The translations under genes were made by a program, and so were the position numbers. From an uncultured delta proteobacterium (GTDB lineage: Bacteria > Desulfobacterota > RBG-13-43-22), in assembly GCA_963743305.1 (NCBI GenBank), contig CAVUPH010000014.1:160001-224000 (forward strand): DNA of 64,000 nt, written 5' to 3'. The notes below the pieces were generated by a model that saw only the letters and a list, made by a program, of their open reading frames with translations, made no database searches and was not told the origin of the DNA. Positions 39,146 through 49,401 of the stretch are shown piece after piece. Position 1 is the stretch's first letter, and each line of letters begins with the position of its first letter.

Positions 39146-40335
39146 CGCTCTACCAGGCCCGCTGGATCGTCCCGGTTAGCCTTCCGCCCATTGAACGAGG
39201 GGTCGTCGCGGTCCGAAAAGGCGAGATAACCGCGCTAGGGGGGGAAAAGGAAATTTCCCTGACCTTTCCCGGGGAACGGCGGGACCTGGGCCAAGGAGCG
39301 ATACTTCCCGGATTGATCAATGCGCATACCCATGTGGAACTGTCCCGGCTTAAAGGTCTCATTCCGGAAGGTTTGGGTTTCGTACCCTGGGTGAGGCACC
39401 TGCTGTCTCTCAAAGAAAAAACCAAGGCGGAGAATCCGGACGAGGCCGTGGGACCGGCCTGGGATGAAATCAGCCGTACCGGCACCTGTGCCGCCGGGGA
39501 CTGGATCAGCCTGGAGTGCCTGATCCCGCGAGGGTCTTCATCGAAAGTATTCCGCCGGTTATTCTTTGAAGTGATCGGATTTGACTCCTCGGGGTTGACT
39601 TTGCCGGAGGTCCTCGACGAGGGACCGGCGACGGACCTATTCGGAAGTTTAACCCTGGGGGCCCACGCCCCCCATAGCACCTCGGCCGCTTTGCTCCAGG
39701 CCGCCAAAACCTGGACCCGGCGAAGGGGTCTGCCGCTGGCCATTCATGTGGCTGAAACCAAAGAGGAAACGGAATTCCTGCTCACCGGGAAGGGCGTCTG
39801 GAAGGACTTTTTAATTGAGCGGGGGAAGTGGGTGGAGGACTGGAAGGCCCCCAAGACCACGCCGGTAAAATACCTGGACCGCTTGGGGCTGCTGGATGAA
39901 AATACCCTCGCGGTTCACCTGACCCAGGCGGATCCGAGCGACCTATCCATTCTGCGGGATCGAAGCGTGCGGGTGGTGGTCTGCCCGCGAAGCAACCGGT
40001 TTATTGTCGGGGCACTTCCGGATATTCCGTTCATGGTGCGGACCGGCCTGAAACCGGCCCTAGGCACCGACAGCTTGGCCAGTAATGCCGACCTGGGCCT
40101 CTGGGGAGAGATGGAGACCGTACAACAGGCCTTCCCGGAGATCGACCCTTGGGAGATTATCCGGATGGCCACTATCCACGGAGCCTCGGCCCTGGATCTG
40201 TCCGGGGAACTGGGAGACCTGTCCCCGGGGAAAAAGGCCCGGATGTTTTTTCTTCCTTTGAACGAAGTCACTGAAGAAGAATTACCCTCCGCCATTATCC
40301 ATTCCGGCGGACGGCGCCTGGAATGGCTGCGGTGA
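39133..40335 (+). CDS. Amidohydrolase, probable aminofutalosine deaminase
   Basis: PGLINAHTHVELS, HAPHS, IHVAE..EE, CPRSN, LGTDSLASN; mqn context. Confidence 0.75.
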   Translation: MDQITLYQARWIVPVSLPPIERGVVAVRKGEITALGGEKEISLTFPGERRDLGQGAILPGLINAHTHVELSRLKGLIPEGLGFVPWVRHLLSLKEKTKAENPDEAVGPAWDEISRTGTCAAGDWISLECLIPRGSSSKVFRRLFFEVIGFDSSGLTLPEVLDEGPATDLFGSLTLGAHAPHSTSAALLQAAKTWTRRRGLPLAIHVAETKEETEFLLTGKGVWKDFLIERGKWVEDWKAPKTTPVKYLDRLGLLDENTLAVHLTQADPSDLSILRDRSVRVVVCPRSNRFIVGALPDIPFMVRTGLKPALGTDSLASNADLGLWGEMETVQQAFPEIDPWEIIRMATIHGASALDLSGELGDLSPGKKARMFFLPLNEVTEEELPSAIIHSGGRRLEWLR

Positions 40336-40404
40336 CCGGATAAATCCCTGGTTGGAACCAAATTCCAAAATTGTTGAAAAAGTCGAAACTAACGGAAAGT
40401 AATC

Positions 40405-41853
40405 ATGGCTCATGCTGATTTACAGTCGTTTATATCCAGGCTGGAAAAGGAGGGGGAACTGGTTCGCATCAGGGAACCGCTGGATCCTTATCTGGAAATC
40501 TGCGAGGTAACCGACCGGGTCTGCAAGGCGGGCGGCCCCGCACTCCTTTTCGAAGCGGTGAAGGGGAAAACCGTTCCGGTGCTGACCAATGCCTTCGGTT
40601 CACTAAAACGGATGTGTTTGGCTCTGGAAGTGGAGCGCCTGGATCAAATCGGAGAGGAAATTCACCAGTTGTTGGCGCTCAAACCTCCCCAAGGTTTCAT
40701 GGATAAACTCCGGCTACTCCCTCGGCTCAAACGGCTCCGGGACCTGCTGCCGCGCACGGTGGACCGGGGACCCTGCCAGGAGGTCGTTTTTCAGGAAAAC
40801 CCGGACCTGTCCGCTTTCCCGGTTCTGACCACCTGGCCCCTCGATGGTGGTCCATTCATTACCCTGCCCCTGGTCATCACTCGGGATCCGCAGACCGGGA
40901 AACGCAACGTGGGCATGTACCGCCTCCAGGTATTTGACGCCAGGACCCTGGGGGTCCACTGGCAACTCCATAAAGTGGGGGCCCAGCATTTTCGCGCCGC
41001 CGAAGCCTCGGGGAAGGACCTGCCCGTGGCCGTGGCCCTGGGACCGGACCCGGCCCTGACCTACGCGGCCACCGCCCCGCTGCCGGAAGAGCTGGATGAA
41101 TTCATGTTCGCCGGGTTCTTGCGCCGGGAGCCCGTCAAACTGGTCAAATGTCGCACCATCGATCTGGAGGTGCCGGCCAATGCCCAGATCGTTATTGAAG
41201 GGATCGTCCCGGCCGGGAAGCGGCGACGGGAAGGGCCTTTCGGGGATCACACGGGCTATTATTCCCTGGCGGATGACTATCCACTGATGGAGGTGACCTG
41301 CATCACGCAGCGAAAGAACCCCATTTATCCGGCCACGGTGGTGGGGGTGCCGCCCATGGAAGACGCCTTCCTGGGCAAAGCCACGGAGCGTATCTTCTTG
41401 CCCCTGCTTCGACAGACCCTGCCGGAAATCCGGGATATGCATCTGCCGGCCGCCGGCGCTTTTCATAACTTTGCCCTGGTGTCCATCGAGAAACGCTACC
41501 CCGGCCACGCCAAAAAGGTGATGATGGCCCTCTGGGGGCTGGGACAGATGATGTTTTCCAAATTCATCGTGGTCTTTGACGGGGAGGTGGACGTCCAGGA
41601 CCTGAACCAGGTCCTCTGGCAATGGGGGGCCAATGTGGACCCCCGGCGAGACTCGGTACTGGTAGAAGGCCCGGTGGATGCGCTGGATCACGCCGCACCG
41701 CTGCCGGCTCTGGGCAGCAAAATCGGGTTTGATGCTACAACCAAATGGCCGGAGGAAGGATTCGGCCGGCCCTGGCCGGATAAGATCCGCATGGATCCTC
41801 AGGTGAGCGAACGGATCGACCAACTCTGGTCTAAGCTGGGGCTGCCGCGATGA
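40405..41853 (+). CDS. UbiD-family menaquinone biosynthesis decarboxylase (MqnL-like)
   Basis: GGPALLFE, NVGMYRLQ, EGPFGDHTGYY, PPMED, YPGHA. Confidence 0.9.
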   Translation: MAHADLQSFISRLEKEGELVRIREPLDPYLEICEVTDRVCKAGGPALLFEAVKGKTVPVLTNAFGSLKRMCLALEVERLDQIGEEIHQLLALKPPQGFMDKLRLLPRLKRLRDLLPRTVDRGPCQEVVFQENPDLSAFPVLTTWPLDGGPFITLPLVITRDPQTGKRNVGMYRLQVFDARTLGVHWQLHKVGAQHFRAAEASGKDLPVAVALGPDPALTYAATAPLPEELDEFMFAGFLRREPVKLVKCRTIDLEVPANAQIVIEGIVPAGKRRREGPFGDHTGYYSLADDYPLMEVTCITQRKNPIYPATVVGVPPMEDAFLGKATERIFLPLLRQTLPEIRDMHLPAAGAFHNFALVSIEKRYPGHAKKVMMALWGLGQMMFSKFIVVFDGEVDVQDLNQVLWQWGANVDPRRDSVLVEGPVDALDHAAPLPALGSKIGFDATTKWPEEGFGRPWPDKIRMDPQVSERIDQLWSKLGLPR

Positions 41854-42710
41854 AGCAGCTTGCGACAATTTTTGAACTAGTCAAATTTGAACATACGATT
41901 TTTGCCCTGCCCTTTGCCTATCTGGGGGCCTGGCTGGCGGCTTCCGGTCCGCCCAGCCTGAAGGTGGGGCTGCTGATCCTGGGGGCCATGGTCGGCGCCC
42001 GGACCGCGGCCATGGCCTTCAACCGGATCGCCGATGCCAAAATCGACGCACTCAACCCGCGAACGGCCGGCCGACCGATTCCCTCTGGGCGCCTATCCCC
42101 GGCCGCAGCCTGGTTCGTATGTCTGACCGCGACGGCCGCTTTTTTTCTGGCCAGTTGGACACTAAACCCCCTGGCCTTGGCCCTTTCGCCCTTGGCTCTG
42201 GGGGTGATCCTGGCCTATTCCTACACCAAACGGTTTACGGCGACCTCTCACCTGATACTGGGGCTGGCCTTAGCGATAGCTCCCATCGGGGGTTGGGTGG
42301 CGGTGCGGAATGAACTGGAGCTGCTCCCCTTGGTCTTGGGGGCCGGGGTCTTGTTTTGGGTGGCCGGCTTCGATGTCCTCTATGCCTGCCAGGACGAATC
42401 CTTTGATCGCCGGCACGGGCTGTATTCCCTTCCGGCCCGCAGGGGAGCCGCGGCGGCCTTTCGGGTGGCCGGTTTTTTTCATTTTCTGGCTTTTCTGTTT
42501 TTTGCCCTCACGGGCCGACTGGCCAACCTGGGGGGATTCTATTTTATCGGGTTAACCCTGGTCTTTATCTTTCTCTTTCTGGAACACCTGATTATTTCCC
42601 CCCGAGATCTTTCCAAGCTGCAGACTGCTTTTTTCACCTTGAACGGAGCGGTCAGTCTGGTTCTTTTTTTGGCCACCTGGCTGGAATTTTGGAAGGGACG
42701 TTCGTACTAA
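41850..42710 (+). CDS. UbiA-family polyprenyltransferase (MqnP-like)
   Basis: KFEHTIFALPFAY, AMAFNRIAD..ID..NPRT..R, YSYTKRF, GFDVLYACQD. Confidence 0.9.
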   Translation: MKQLATIFELVKFEHTIFALPFAYLGAWLAASGPPSLKVGLLILGAMVGARTAAMAFNRIADAKIDALNPRTAGRPIPSGRLSPAAAWFVCLTATAAFFLASWTLNPLALALSPLALGVILAYSYTKRFTATSHLILGLALAIAPIGGWVAVRNELELLPLVLGAGVLFWVAGFDVLYACQDESFDRRHGLYSLPARRGAAAAFRVAGFFHFLAFLFFALTGRLANLGGFYFIGLTLVFIFLFLEHLIISPRDLSKLQTAFFTLNGAVSLVLFLATWLEFWKGRSY

Positions 42711-42767
42711 AACCTCTTGCCCCGAGGGGTACCCGCGGAGCCTGAAGAAGATAAAGGAGGAGGTCCG

Positions 42768-43775
42768 ATGAATAAAAAAATTTCTCTCTTGTTAGGGGCC
42801 GCTTTCTGGCTGGTGAGTTTCTGCCCCCAGCCGGTTACGGCCCTGACCACGGTCAAAGTGGGGATGCTCAAAGTCTCCAGCAGCGCTCCTCTTTTTGTGG
42901 GGCTGGAAAAAGGATATTTTCAGGAGGAGGGGATCAGGATCGAGCCGATCTGGTTCAAGTCGGCCCAGCCCATCGCCGTGGCCCTGGCCAGCGGGGATAT
43001 TGATGTCGGGGCCACCGGTCTGACCGCCGGACTTTACAACGCCGCCGCCCAAGGAACCAAGCTGGCGGTCGTGGCGGACAAGGGTCGGGAATGGCCCGGA
43101 TATAAATTGACGGCCCTGGTGGTGGATTCGAACCAGACCAAGGCCGGAATCAAAGATCTCGCCCAACTCAAGGGGAAGCGGATTGGCATCACCCAGCTAG
43201 GCTCCACCTTTCACTATATGCTGGGCAACCTGCTGGAGAAAAGAGGCCTGTCCCTCAAAGACGTCAAAGTCGTTCCCCTGAACAGCCTCAATACGATGCG
43301 GGACGCCGTTTTCAGCCACCAGATCGAGGCCGCCTTCATGGTCCAGCCCCATGTCACCCCGGCGGAAAAAGCGGACCGGGCCGACGTGCTGCTCTGGGTG
43401 GGTGATCACCTGCCTTACCAGTTGGGAGGGATCTTTTATGGAGAGAAACTGATCAAGAACCGCTCCCTGGCCGTCTCCTTTCTCAAGGGCTATATTCGCA
43501 GTTGCCGGTATTATCATGAAAACGGATTGAGCAAGAAAGCGGGGGTGCCGACTCCGGAACTCCTGACCCTGATCGCTCGGTATACGGAAGAGAAACCCGA
43601 GGACGTGGCCGCCGGGCTGCCCTATATCGATCCCAACGGAGAGCTGCTCAGTGGTGACATTCAAAAACAGATTGACTGGTACGCGGCCCATGGCCTGGTG
43701 ATCCGAAGGATGCCTTCCTCCGAAATCATGGACCCTTCGCTTTACCGTGAAGCGCTGAATCAGCTTAAAAAATAA
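42768..43775 (+). CDS. ABC transporter substrate-binding protein (NitT/TauT/SsuA type)
   Basis: Signal peptide, APLFVG.EKGYF..EG, ALASGDIDV, LKGKRIG. Confidence 0.85.
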   Translation: MNKKISLLLGAAFWLVSFCPQPVTALTTVKVGMLKVSSSAPLFVGLEKGYFQEEGIRIEPIWFKSAQPIAVALASGDIDVGATGLTAGLYNAAAQGTKLAVVADKGREWPGYKLTALVVDSNQTKAGIKDLAQLKGKRIGITQLGSTFHYMLGNLLEKRGLSLKDVKVVPLNSLNTMRDAVFSHQIEAAFMVQPHVTPAEKADRADVLLWVGDHLPYQLGGIFYGEKLIKNRSLAVSFLKGYIRSCRYYHENGLSKKAGVPTPELLTLIARYTEEKPEDVAAGLPYIDPNGELLSGDIQKQIDWYAAHGLVIRRMPSSEIMDPSLYREALNQLKK

Positions 43776-44551
43776 TGCCGGTCTTGATCGAACAGCTTAC
43801 CAAAACCTATCTGGACCGGAAGGGGCGGACCCTGCCGGCGCTGGAAGAAGTGGATTTCACCGTCCGGGAGGGGGAATTCCTGACCCTCTTGGGCCCCAGC
43901 GGCAGCGGAAAAACAACACTGCTCAATATCATCGCCGGGTTGCTATCCCCCACTTCCGGCCGGGTGGTCTTCGAGAGAGCGAGTCTCAACGGCCGGCCGC
44001 TGACGGCGGTAGTTTTCCAGGAAGGCGCCCTCTTCCCCTGGCGGACCGTTGCAAAAAACATTCAATTCGGACTGGAAGAAAAGGGCCTGGGAAAAGCACA
44101 GCGCCGATCCCTGGCCGCTGAATTTATCCAATTGACGGGCCTGGCCGGCTTTGAGGATCGTTATCCCCACCAGCTCTCCGGAGGATTAAAACAGCGGGTG
44201 GCCTTGGCTCGGGCCCTGGCCGTGAATCCCTATCTCCTGCTGATGGATGAACCCTTATCGGCCCTGGATGCCCAGACCCGGCTGCTGATGCAGCGGGAAA
44301 TTTCGCAAATTTGGGAAAAGGCCCGGAACAGTGTCTTATACGTCACCCACAATATTCGGGAGGCCGTTTTCCTCAGCGATCGGGTGGCCGTCCTCTCACG
44401 GAGACCGGGACGGATCGTAGACCTGGTCTCCATCGACCTGCCCCGTCCCCGCAGTGAGGATCTAACCCGTGAGCAGCCCTTCCAGCGATACGTGGATCGC
44501 TTATGGTCCCGGATCAAGGACCAAGCCCGCGAGGCCATTGAGGAGGGATGA
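43775..44551 (+). CDS. ABC transporter ATPase (NitT/TauT type)
   Basis: GPSGSGKT, LFPWRTV, YPHQLSGG, LLMDEP, YVTH. Confidence 0.92.
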   Translation: MPVLIEQLTKTYLDRKGRTLPALEEVDFTVREGEFLTLLGPSGSGKTTLLNIIAGLLSPTSGRVVFERASLNGRPLTAVVFQEGALFPWRTVAKNIQFGLEEKGLGKAQRRSLAAEFIQLTGLAGFEDRYPHQLSGGLKQRVALARALAVNPYLLLMDEPLSALDAQTRLLMQREISQIWEKARNSVLYVTHNIREAVFLSDRVAVLSRRPGRIVDLVSIDLPRPRSEDLTREQPFQRYVDRLWSRIKDQAREAIEEG

Positions 44552-45411
44552 TGGCAGAAGAAAAGACCGCCTCTTTCTCAATCCGCCATCGGACGCCCCA
44601 GTCGTCCTATGCGGCGGCCCGAACCGGGACGGTTCGGGACAAGACCGCTTTTATCGATGACCGGCCCCAGCCTTATTTGAGCTGGATCGCTTTTGCGGTC
44701 CTGCTGGGCCTCTGGGAAGCGGCCGGCCGTCTCTCCCTGGTCTCCCCCCTCTTTTTGCCGGCTCCCAGTGATATTCTCATGGAAGCCTGGGGACTGCTGA
44801 TCTCCGGTCAGCTTTTCCGGCACCTGGGGATCAGCTTGTTCCGAATTGGAAGTGGTTTTACGCTAGCCGCCGGACTGGGCGTTCTGTCCGGGATACTGCT
44901 GGGTTCTTCGCGCCTGGCAGAGGCGCTGGGGAATCCGATCCTGGCCGCCCTCTTTCCCATCCCTAAAATCGCCATCCTTCCCTTGCTGATTCTCTGGTTG
45001 GGAATCGGGGAAGCCTCGAAGATTGCGGTAATCGGCCTGGGGGTCTTTTTCCCACTGGCCATCAACGTCTACACGGGGGTTAAGAACGTGGATCCCCTAT
45101 TGATCCGGGTGGCCCTGAGCCTCGGTTCCAGTCGTCTGGGTCTGATCAGAAAGGTGGTCTGGCCCGCCATTCTGCCCATGATCTTTGCCGGTCTGAAGCT
45201 GGGCCTGGGGATCTCGCTCCTATTGGTAGTGGCCGCCGAGATGATCGCCGCCGACGCCGGGATCGGGTATCTCATCCTGACCGCCGCCGATTTGATGCAA
45301 ACCAAGAAACTTATGGTGGGGATCGGGATGCTGTCCGGGCTCGGGATATCGTTTAACTGGCTGCTGGGGAAATTGGAACGGTTGCTGATCCCCTGGAAGG
45401 AGGGTCTTTGA
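44548..45411 (+). CDS. ABC transporter permease (NitT/TauT type)
   Basis: LPAPS, PIPKIAILPL.ILWLGIGE, VVAAEM...GIGY. Confidence 0.9.
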   Translation: MMAEEKTASFSIRHRTPQSSYAAARTGTVRDKTAFIDDRPQPYLSWIAFAVLLGLWEAAGRLSLVSPLFLPAPSDILMEAWGLLISGQLFRHLGISLFRIGSGFTLAAGLGVLSGILLGSSRLAEALGNPILAALFPIPKIAILPLLILWLGIGEASKIAVIGLGVFFPLAINVYTGVKNVDPLLIRVALSLGSSRLGLIRKVVWPAILPMIFAGLKLGLGISLLLVVAAEMIAADAGIGYLILTAADLMQTKKLMVGIGMLSGLGISFNWLLGKLERLLIPWKEGL

Positions 45412-45455
45412 AGTAGGGAAGGGTCTTTTGAACCGCCCGGGAAGAGAAATGAGAC

Positions 45456-47276
45456 TTACAAATCCTTCATAGCGATTTCTCGGATCGTCAGCGGCTGGCC
45501 GGACTCGTCCGTAACGGTGGCCTGTCTTTCATTGAACTGAACCCGCCTAAATTCCGTATGGATGATCAGGGAGGCCTGTTTCCCCCTAATCAGGGTTCCG
45601 GTATGAATAACCTGTTGGACCTTGACCAGGGGCTTCATTTTTTCCTGGTCTTCCTCTTCCTTCATTTTTTTGATCTGCTCGTTAAGCCCCTGAATGACTT
45701 GGTCCTGTTCCTTAATGGCCCGTTGGTGGGCCAGGATGGCTTCGGTAACTTGATCCTGCTGCTCCATCAACTTATTTAACGATTCTTCCGCAGACTTTAT
45801 TTTTAAATCCAGGTTTTGATATTCCCACTCCGCCTGGGCCAGGCGGGCCGATTCGTTTTTTTTCCCCAATTCTTCAATCTGGACTTTCAGGGATTTCTGT
45901 TCCAAGATCCCGCGATCCTGAATCTGAGCCAGATGGGCAATCTGGCCATCATAATTTTTTGTTTCCCGTTTCAACTTTTCAATTTCTTTTCTAAGCACCT
46001 CTTGTTCTTTTTTCCGGTTTTCAATTTCCAGACCGAGTTGTTCGCTCAATTCCTTAGCCTGTGAATCGACCCCGATAATCAAGGTACATGGACGAGAGGC
46101 ATCGGAACCGATAATCGGCGCTTCGATCCCTTTCCGGGCAGAAATGGTGGAGGAGATAATTTTTCCAGATGGAGAGCTCATCGACAAAAGGCCGTTGATC
46201 TCAATATCCCCATGCAGCACCTCATCTCGGACACTGATATCCCCCATGGCCTGAATAGTGGACGCTTCTATATAGCGGGCTTTAATATTTCCCTTGGTCT
46301 TGACCCGGGATCCAATAATGCCTCCCTGAATATCGATATCCCCTTCCATGTCCACTTCGGCCTTATTGATTTCCATAGCCGTCAAACGCCCGCCTTTAAC
46401 CCGAAATCCCTCCTGGATAATCCCGCGGACATTGATATGGCCACTAAACTGGATGTGGCCGGTCTCCAGTCCCACGTCTCCCTCGATTCTCAGTTCCGGA
46501 TAAACTGAGATCTGGCCATCTCTGGTCAGGGCCGCGCGCCCGCCGGTCTTGGCAAGAATCTTGAGTCCATCCTCCGAAAGCTTGGTGTTTTCCCCCGCCA
46601 ACAAGAGGGCATCCCGCGACTGCTCTACCGGGATCAATTGCCCGAAAACGTTTTTTCCGGGTACCTCTTTGACCAAGGGGATTTTTTCGGCCAAAAGGCC
46701 TCCTTCCTTGACTTGCTGGATTTCTCCTTTATCCTTAAAGTCAATCATTCCGCTTTCGCGAACGGTTCCGACCTTATGTCCCTCGGTGTCAAAGTGATAG
46801 ACGATCTTCGCGTCTTCTCCCGACCGGGGGGGGGTTCCTTCGGCAATCAACCAGCCCTCTTCCTTCGGTTCCCGACGAGATAAAAAATCGGAAAGGTCGT
46901 TATCCCCGATCAGTCCGTAAACAATTCCTTTTTGGGAAATATATTCTTTCAAGGCCTCCAGGGTGATGGAATCCGGGGTCGATTCCGGGGGAAATATTCT
47001 GGCGCTCAACTGGCCATCAGCGATCACTATTTTAAACCCCATCGATTCAAGTTCCGGAATGTTCGTTTCCTGGGACTCGGCCTCTTTCGAAGGGCCGGCG
47101 GTTGTTTGTTCTTCTGTCTCCACGGGCGGGGGTCCGGTAGGCGGCCCATCCTCGAAAACAATTTTGAATTTTTGGCCGCATTTTAAGCAAGGGGCCATTT
47201 TATGTAGGGCGGTTTCCGGGACGCGGTATCTGGTCCCGCAGGCAGGGCAAAGGGCGGGTCGTTTCTGAATCTCCAT
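45456..47276 (-). CDS. FapA/DUF342-family protein with N-terminal zinc ribbon
   Basis: CPAC...CLKC; IAEGTPP..GED, DFKDKG.I..V, GDV..ETG.I.F.G, long coiled coil. Confidence 0.8.
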   Translation of the reverse strand: MEIQKRPALCPACGTRYRVPETALHKMAPCLKCGQKFKIVFEDGPPTGPPPVETEEQTTAGPSKEAESQETNIPELESMGFKIVIADGQLSARIFPPESTPDSITLEALKEYISQKGIVYGLIGDNDLSDFLSRREPKEEGWLIAEGTPPRSGEDAKIVYHFDTEGHKVGTVRESGMIDFKDKGEIQQVKEGGLLAEKIPLVKEVPGKNVFGQLIPVEQSRDALLLAGENTKLSEDGLKILAKTGGRAALTRDGQISVYPELRIEGDVGLETGHIQFSGHINVRGIIQEGFRVKGGRLTAMEINKAEVDMEGDIDIQGGIIGSRVKTKGNIKARYIEASTIQAMGDISVRDEVLHGDIEINGLLSMSSPSGKIISSTISARKGIEAPIIGSDASRPCTLIIGVDSQAKELSEQLGLEIENRKKEQEVLRKEIEKLKRETKNYDGQIAHLAQIQDRGILEQKSLKVQIEELGKKNESARLAQAEWEYQNLDLKIKSAEESLNKLMEQQDQVTEAILAHQRAIKEQDQVIQGLNEQIKKMKEEEDQEKMKPLVKVQQVIHTGTLIRGKQASLIIHTEFRRVQFNERQATVTDESGQPLTIREIAMKDL

Positions 47277-47553
47277 AGGGCTCCCAAGAAAGTGTACGGA
47301 TTTTGCAGATTAAATCAAATAGTATTATAACGGAACTTGGTTGCCAAGAAAAAACTTAACCCGTGATCCAGAGGAATCGGCAATTTTTTCCCTCAGGCTT
47401 TGCCGGAAAGGAAATCCAGCAGTCCGCAATTTCAAAGGTATTGTCGAGGGGTACTCTCTTTTTTGTTTGAAGGGAAGGGTGTTTGTTCTAAAAATACGGG
47501 TTTCTATCGAGTTCTCATTAAAAATAGAGGCCAATCTATCATGAGGCTATAAA

Positions 47554-47569
47554 CGGCATCTAAATTGCA
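47554..47569 (+). promoter_or_regulatory. sigma54 -24/-12 promoter
   Basis: CGGCAT-CTAAA-TTGCA. Confidence 0.7.
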
Positions 47570-47603
47570 TTAACAAACTAAAAAAACTAAGGAGCTATGG
47601 CCT

Positions 47604-48086
47604 ATGGATATCCAAAAAATCGGAATTTCTTCGTCCCTGCCCTCAGGGGGGCAGAACCAGGAGATCAAAAAGACATCGGATTTTCAACGGATCCTTCAGG
47701 AGGCCCATCAATCCGTCAGCGCCTCGAAACCAGATCCGAGTCTTCTGCTCAGTCCCCCCACTCAACCCCTGTCCCCGGGATTTGAAATCGGCCCGCTGAA
47801 AGGAGTTATAGAAATTCAACCCGCGGACCAACTGCGAGCCCAAGGAGTTTCGGCGGCCGAAAAGACCCTGGATTTACTGGGGCAATACCAGCAGGCCCTG
47901 TCAGATCCGGCTCAATCGCTCAAGCAAATCAGCCCCCTGGTTGAATCCCTGTCACAAAAAGTTGACCAGTTGCAAAAGTTGACCCAGCAATTCGCCGCTG
48001 GGGATCCTTTGCATAAAATTATCCAGGATGTCGGGGTGGTCTCGGCCTCGGAGATCGCGAAATTTAATCGCGGAGATTATGTCTAA
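47604..48086 (+). CDS. Hypothetical flagellar-region protein
   Basis: AGGAG RBS, sigma54 promoter upstream, C-terminal E.AKFNRGDYV. Confidence 0.7.
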   Translation: MDIQKIGISSSLPSGGQNQEIKKTSDFQRILQEAHQSVSASKPDPSLLLSPPTQPLSPGFEIGPLKGVIEIQPADQLRAQGVSAAEKTLDLLGQYQQALSDPAQSLKQISPLVESLSQKVDQLQKLTQQFAAGDPLHKIIQDVGVVSASEIAKFNRGDYV

Positions 48087-48098
48087 AAGGGAACGTAC

Positions 48099-48707
48099 AT
48101 GACCATTTCCATAGGCTCAACCTTGCCGACCCTGGAAGAACTCCCGGCGGTAGCCACCAGGGGGATTTCCCTAGGCACTCGTCGAAATTCCACTTTTCCT
48201 CAACTTTTGGAGACCAAACTGTCCCAGCCCGTCCCGGCAGGGGAAGGGCCGAAGCAGACGAGTATCGAATATATAGTCCAACCCGGCGACACTTTATGGA
48301 AACTGGGTGTCAAAAAATTTCAGACAGATCCCTACCAAATCGCGCGGGATAACGGAATCAAAAATCCGGACCGAATCTATCCTGGACAAAAACTGACGAT
48401 CCGGAAAGAGGTAAATCCGAACGGTCAGGAGGTGACCGCCAGTTGGTATGGGGCGGACTACCATAATAAACCCACCGCCAGCGGGGAACGATTCGATATG
48501 TATAAGAATACGCTGGCCCATAAGACCTTGCCCCTGGGAACCGAGGTTCGATTGACCAATCCCAAAAATGGTCTGCAGGTCGTGGCCAAAATCAATGACC
48601 GAGGCCCTTTCATTTCCGGAAGGGATGTGGATCTTTCTTACGGGCTGGCTCGGAAACTGGATATGGTTGCCCAAGGTGTGGGAAAACTAAAGATGGAAAT
48701 CTTATGA
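48099..48707 (+). CDS. LysM + RlpA-like (DPBB) lytic transglycosylase
   Basis: YIVQPGDTLW...IYPGQ; ASWYG, TASGE.FD, AHKTLPLGT, INDRGPF, DLSY. Confidence 0.88.
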   Translation: MTISIGSTLPTLEELPAVATRGISLGTRRNSTFPQLLETKLSQPVPAGEGPKQTSIEYIVQPGDTLWKLGVKKFQTDPYQIARDNGIKNPDRIYPGQKLTIRKEVNPNGQEVTASWYGADYHNKPTASGERFDMYKNTLAHKTLPLGTEVRLTNPKNGLQVVAKINDRGPFISGRDVDLSYGLARKLDMVAQGVGKLKMEIL

Positions 48708-49039
48708 CCGGCAGGGGAAAAATCTTCATTGTTTTTATGTCGATGGTCGGCTTGCTGGCCATGGCTTTCAATGTCTTTCCCGGGGGGACGGACCAAACCG
48801 CTGTCTCCCGAGGTGCGCTTCCTCTGGAGCAACCGGCACCGGTCGGACCGGCCGGAAATACTCTGGATAGGCCCTCTTCGGTAGGGGTTCAAGAAGTTTC
48901 CCGCCCCGATGGGGGACACGATGTCATCTATTATTCCGTTACTCCGCCGGAAGAGAAGCAGGCCCGGCGACAGGCAGAAATCCAAAAACGGGAAAAATCC
49001 CTGGAGCTATTGGATCGAGCGGTTATCATCAAACGGTAA
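48704..49039 (+). CDS. Hypothetical membrane-anchored protein
   Basis: ATGA overlap with previous gene; N-terminal hydrophobic segment. Confidence 0.55.
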   Translation: MTGRGKIFIVFMSMVGLLAMAFNVFPGGTDQTAVSRGALPLEQPAPVGPAGNTLDRPSSVGVQEVSRPDGGHDVIYYSVTPPEEKQARRQAEIQKREKSLELLDRAVIIKR

Positions 49040-49401
49040 CAGGGTTTTTGATCTTGTAGTTCAATAGGCTGCTGTTCAAAGGGGATCCGTCACGTTTCTT
49101 AAGAGAAGCTCACATTTTAAAGTCTATCTGTTTTTCCTGCTCGGCTCCCGTCCCTTCCGTCCATTGCTCCCCCTTTTTCCCTAACGAAATAAATTCATTG
49201 ACTAAAAGGCCGGGTTAGGCAAAAATAGAGTACTGAGTAGTGAGTCCAATCCTAGCCAAAAATATTTGAAATGTTTTTGACTGTATTAAAAACCAATTAA
49301 CAAATTTAAAGATAACGTCTTTTTATTTAGATTCTTACGTCCATGGTTAGAGACGAATTCTCAGGACAATGGATGTAATAATCTAATGCCAAGAGGTCCC
49401 A

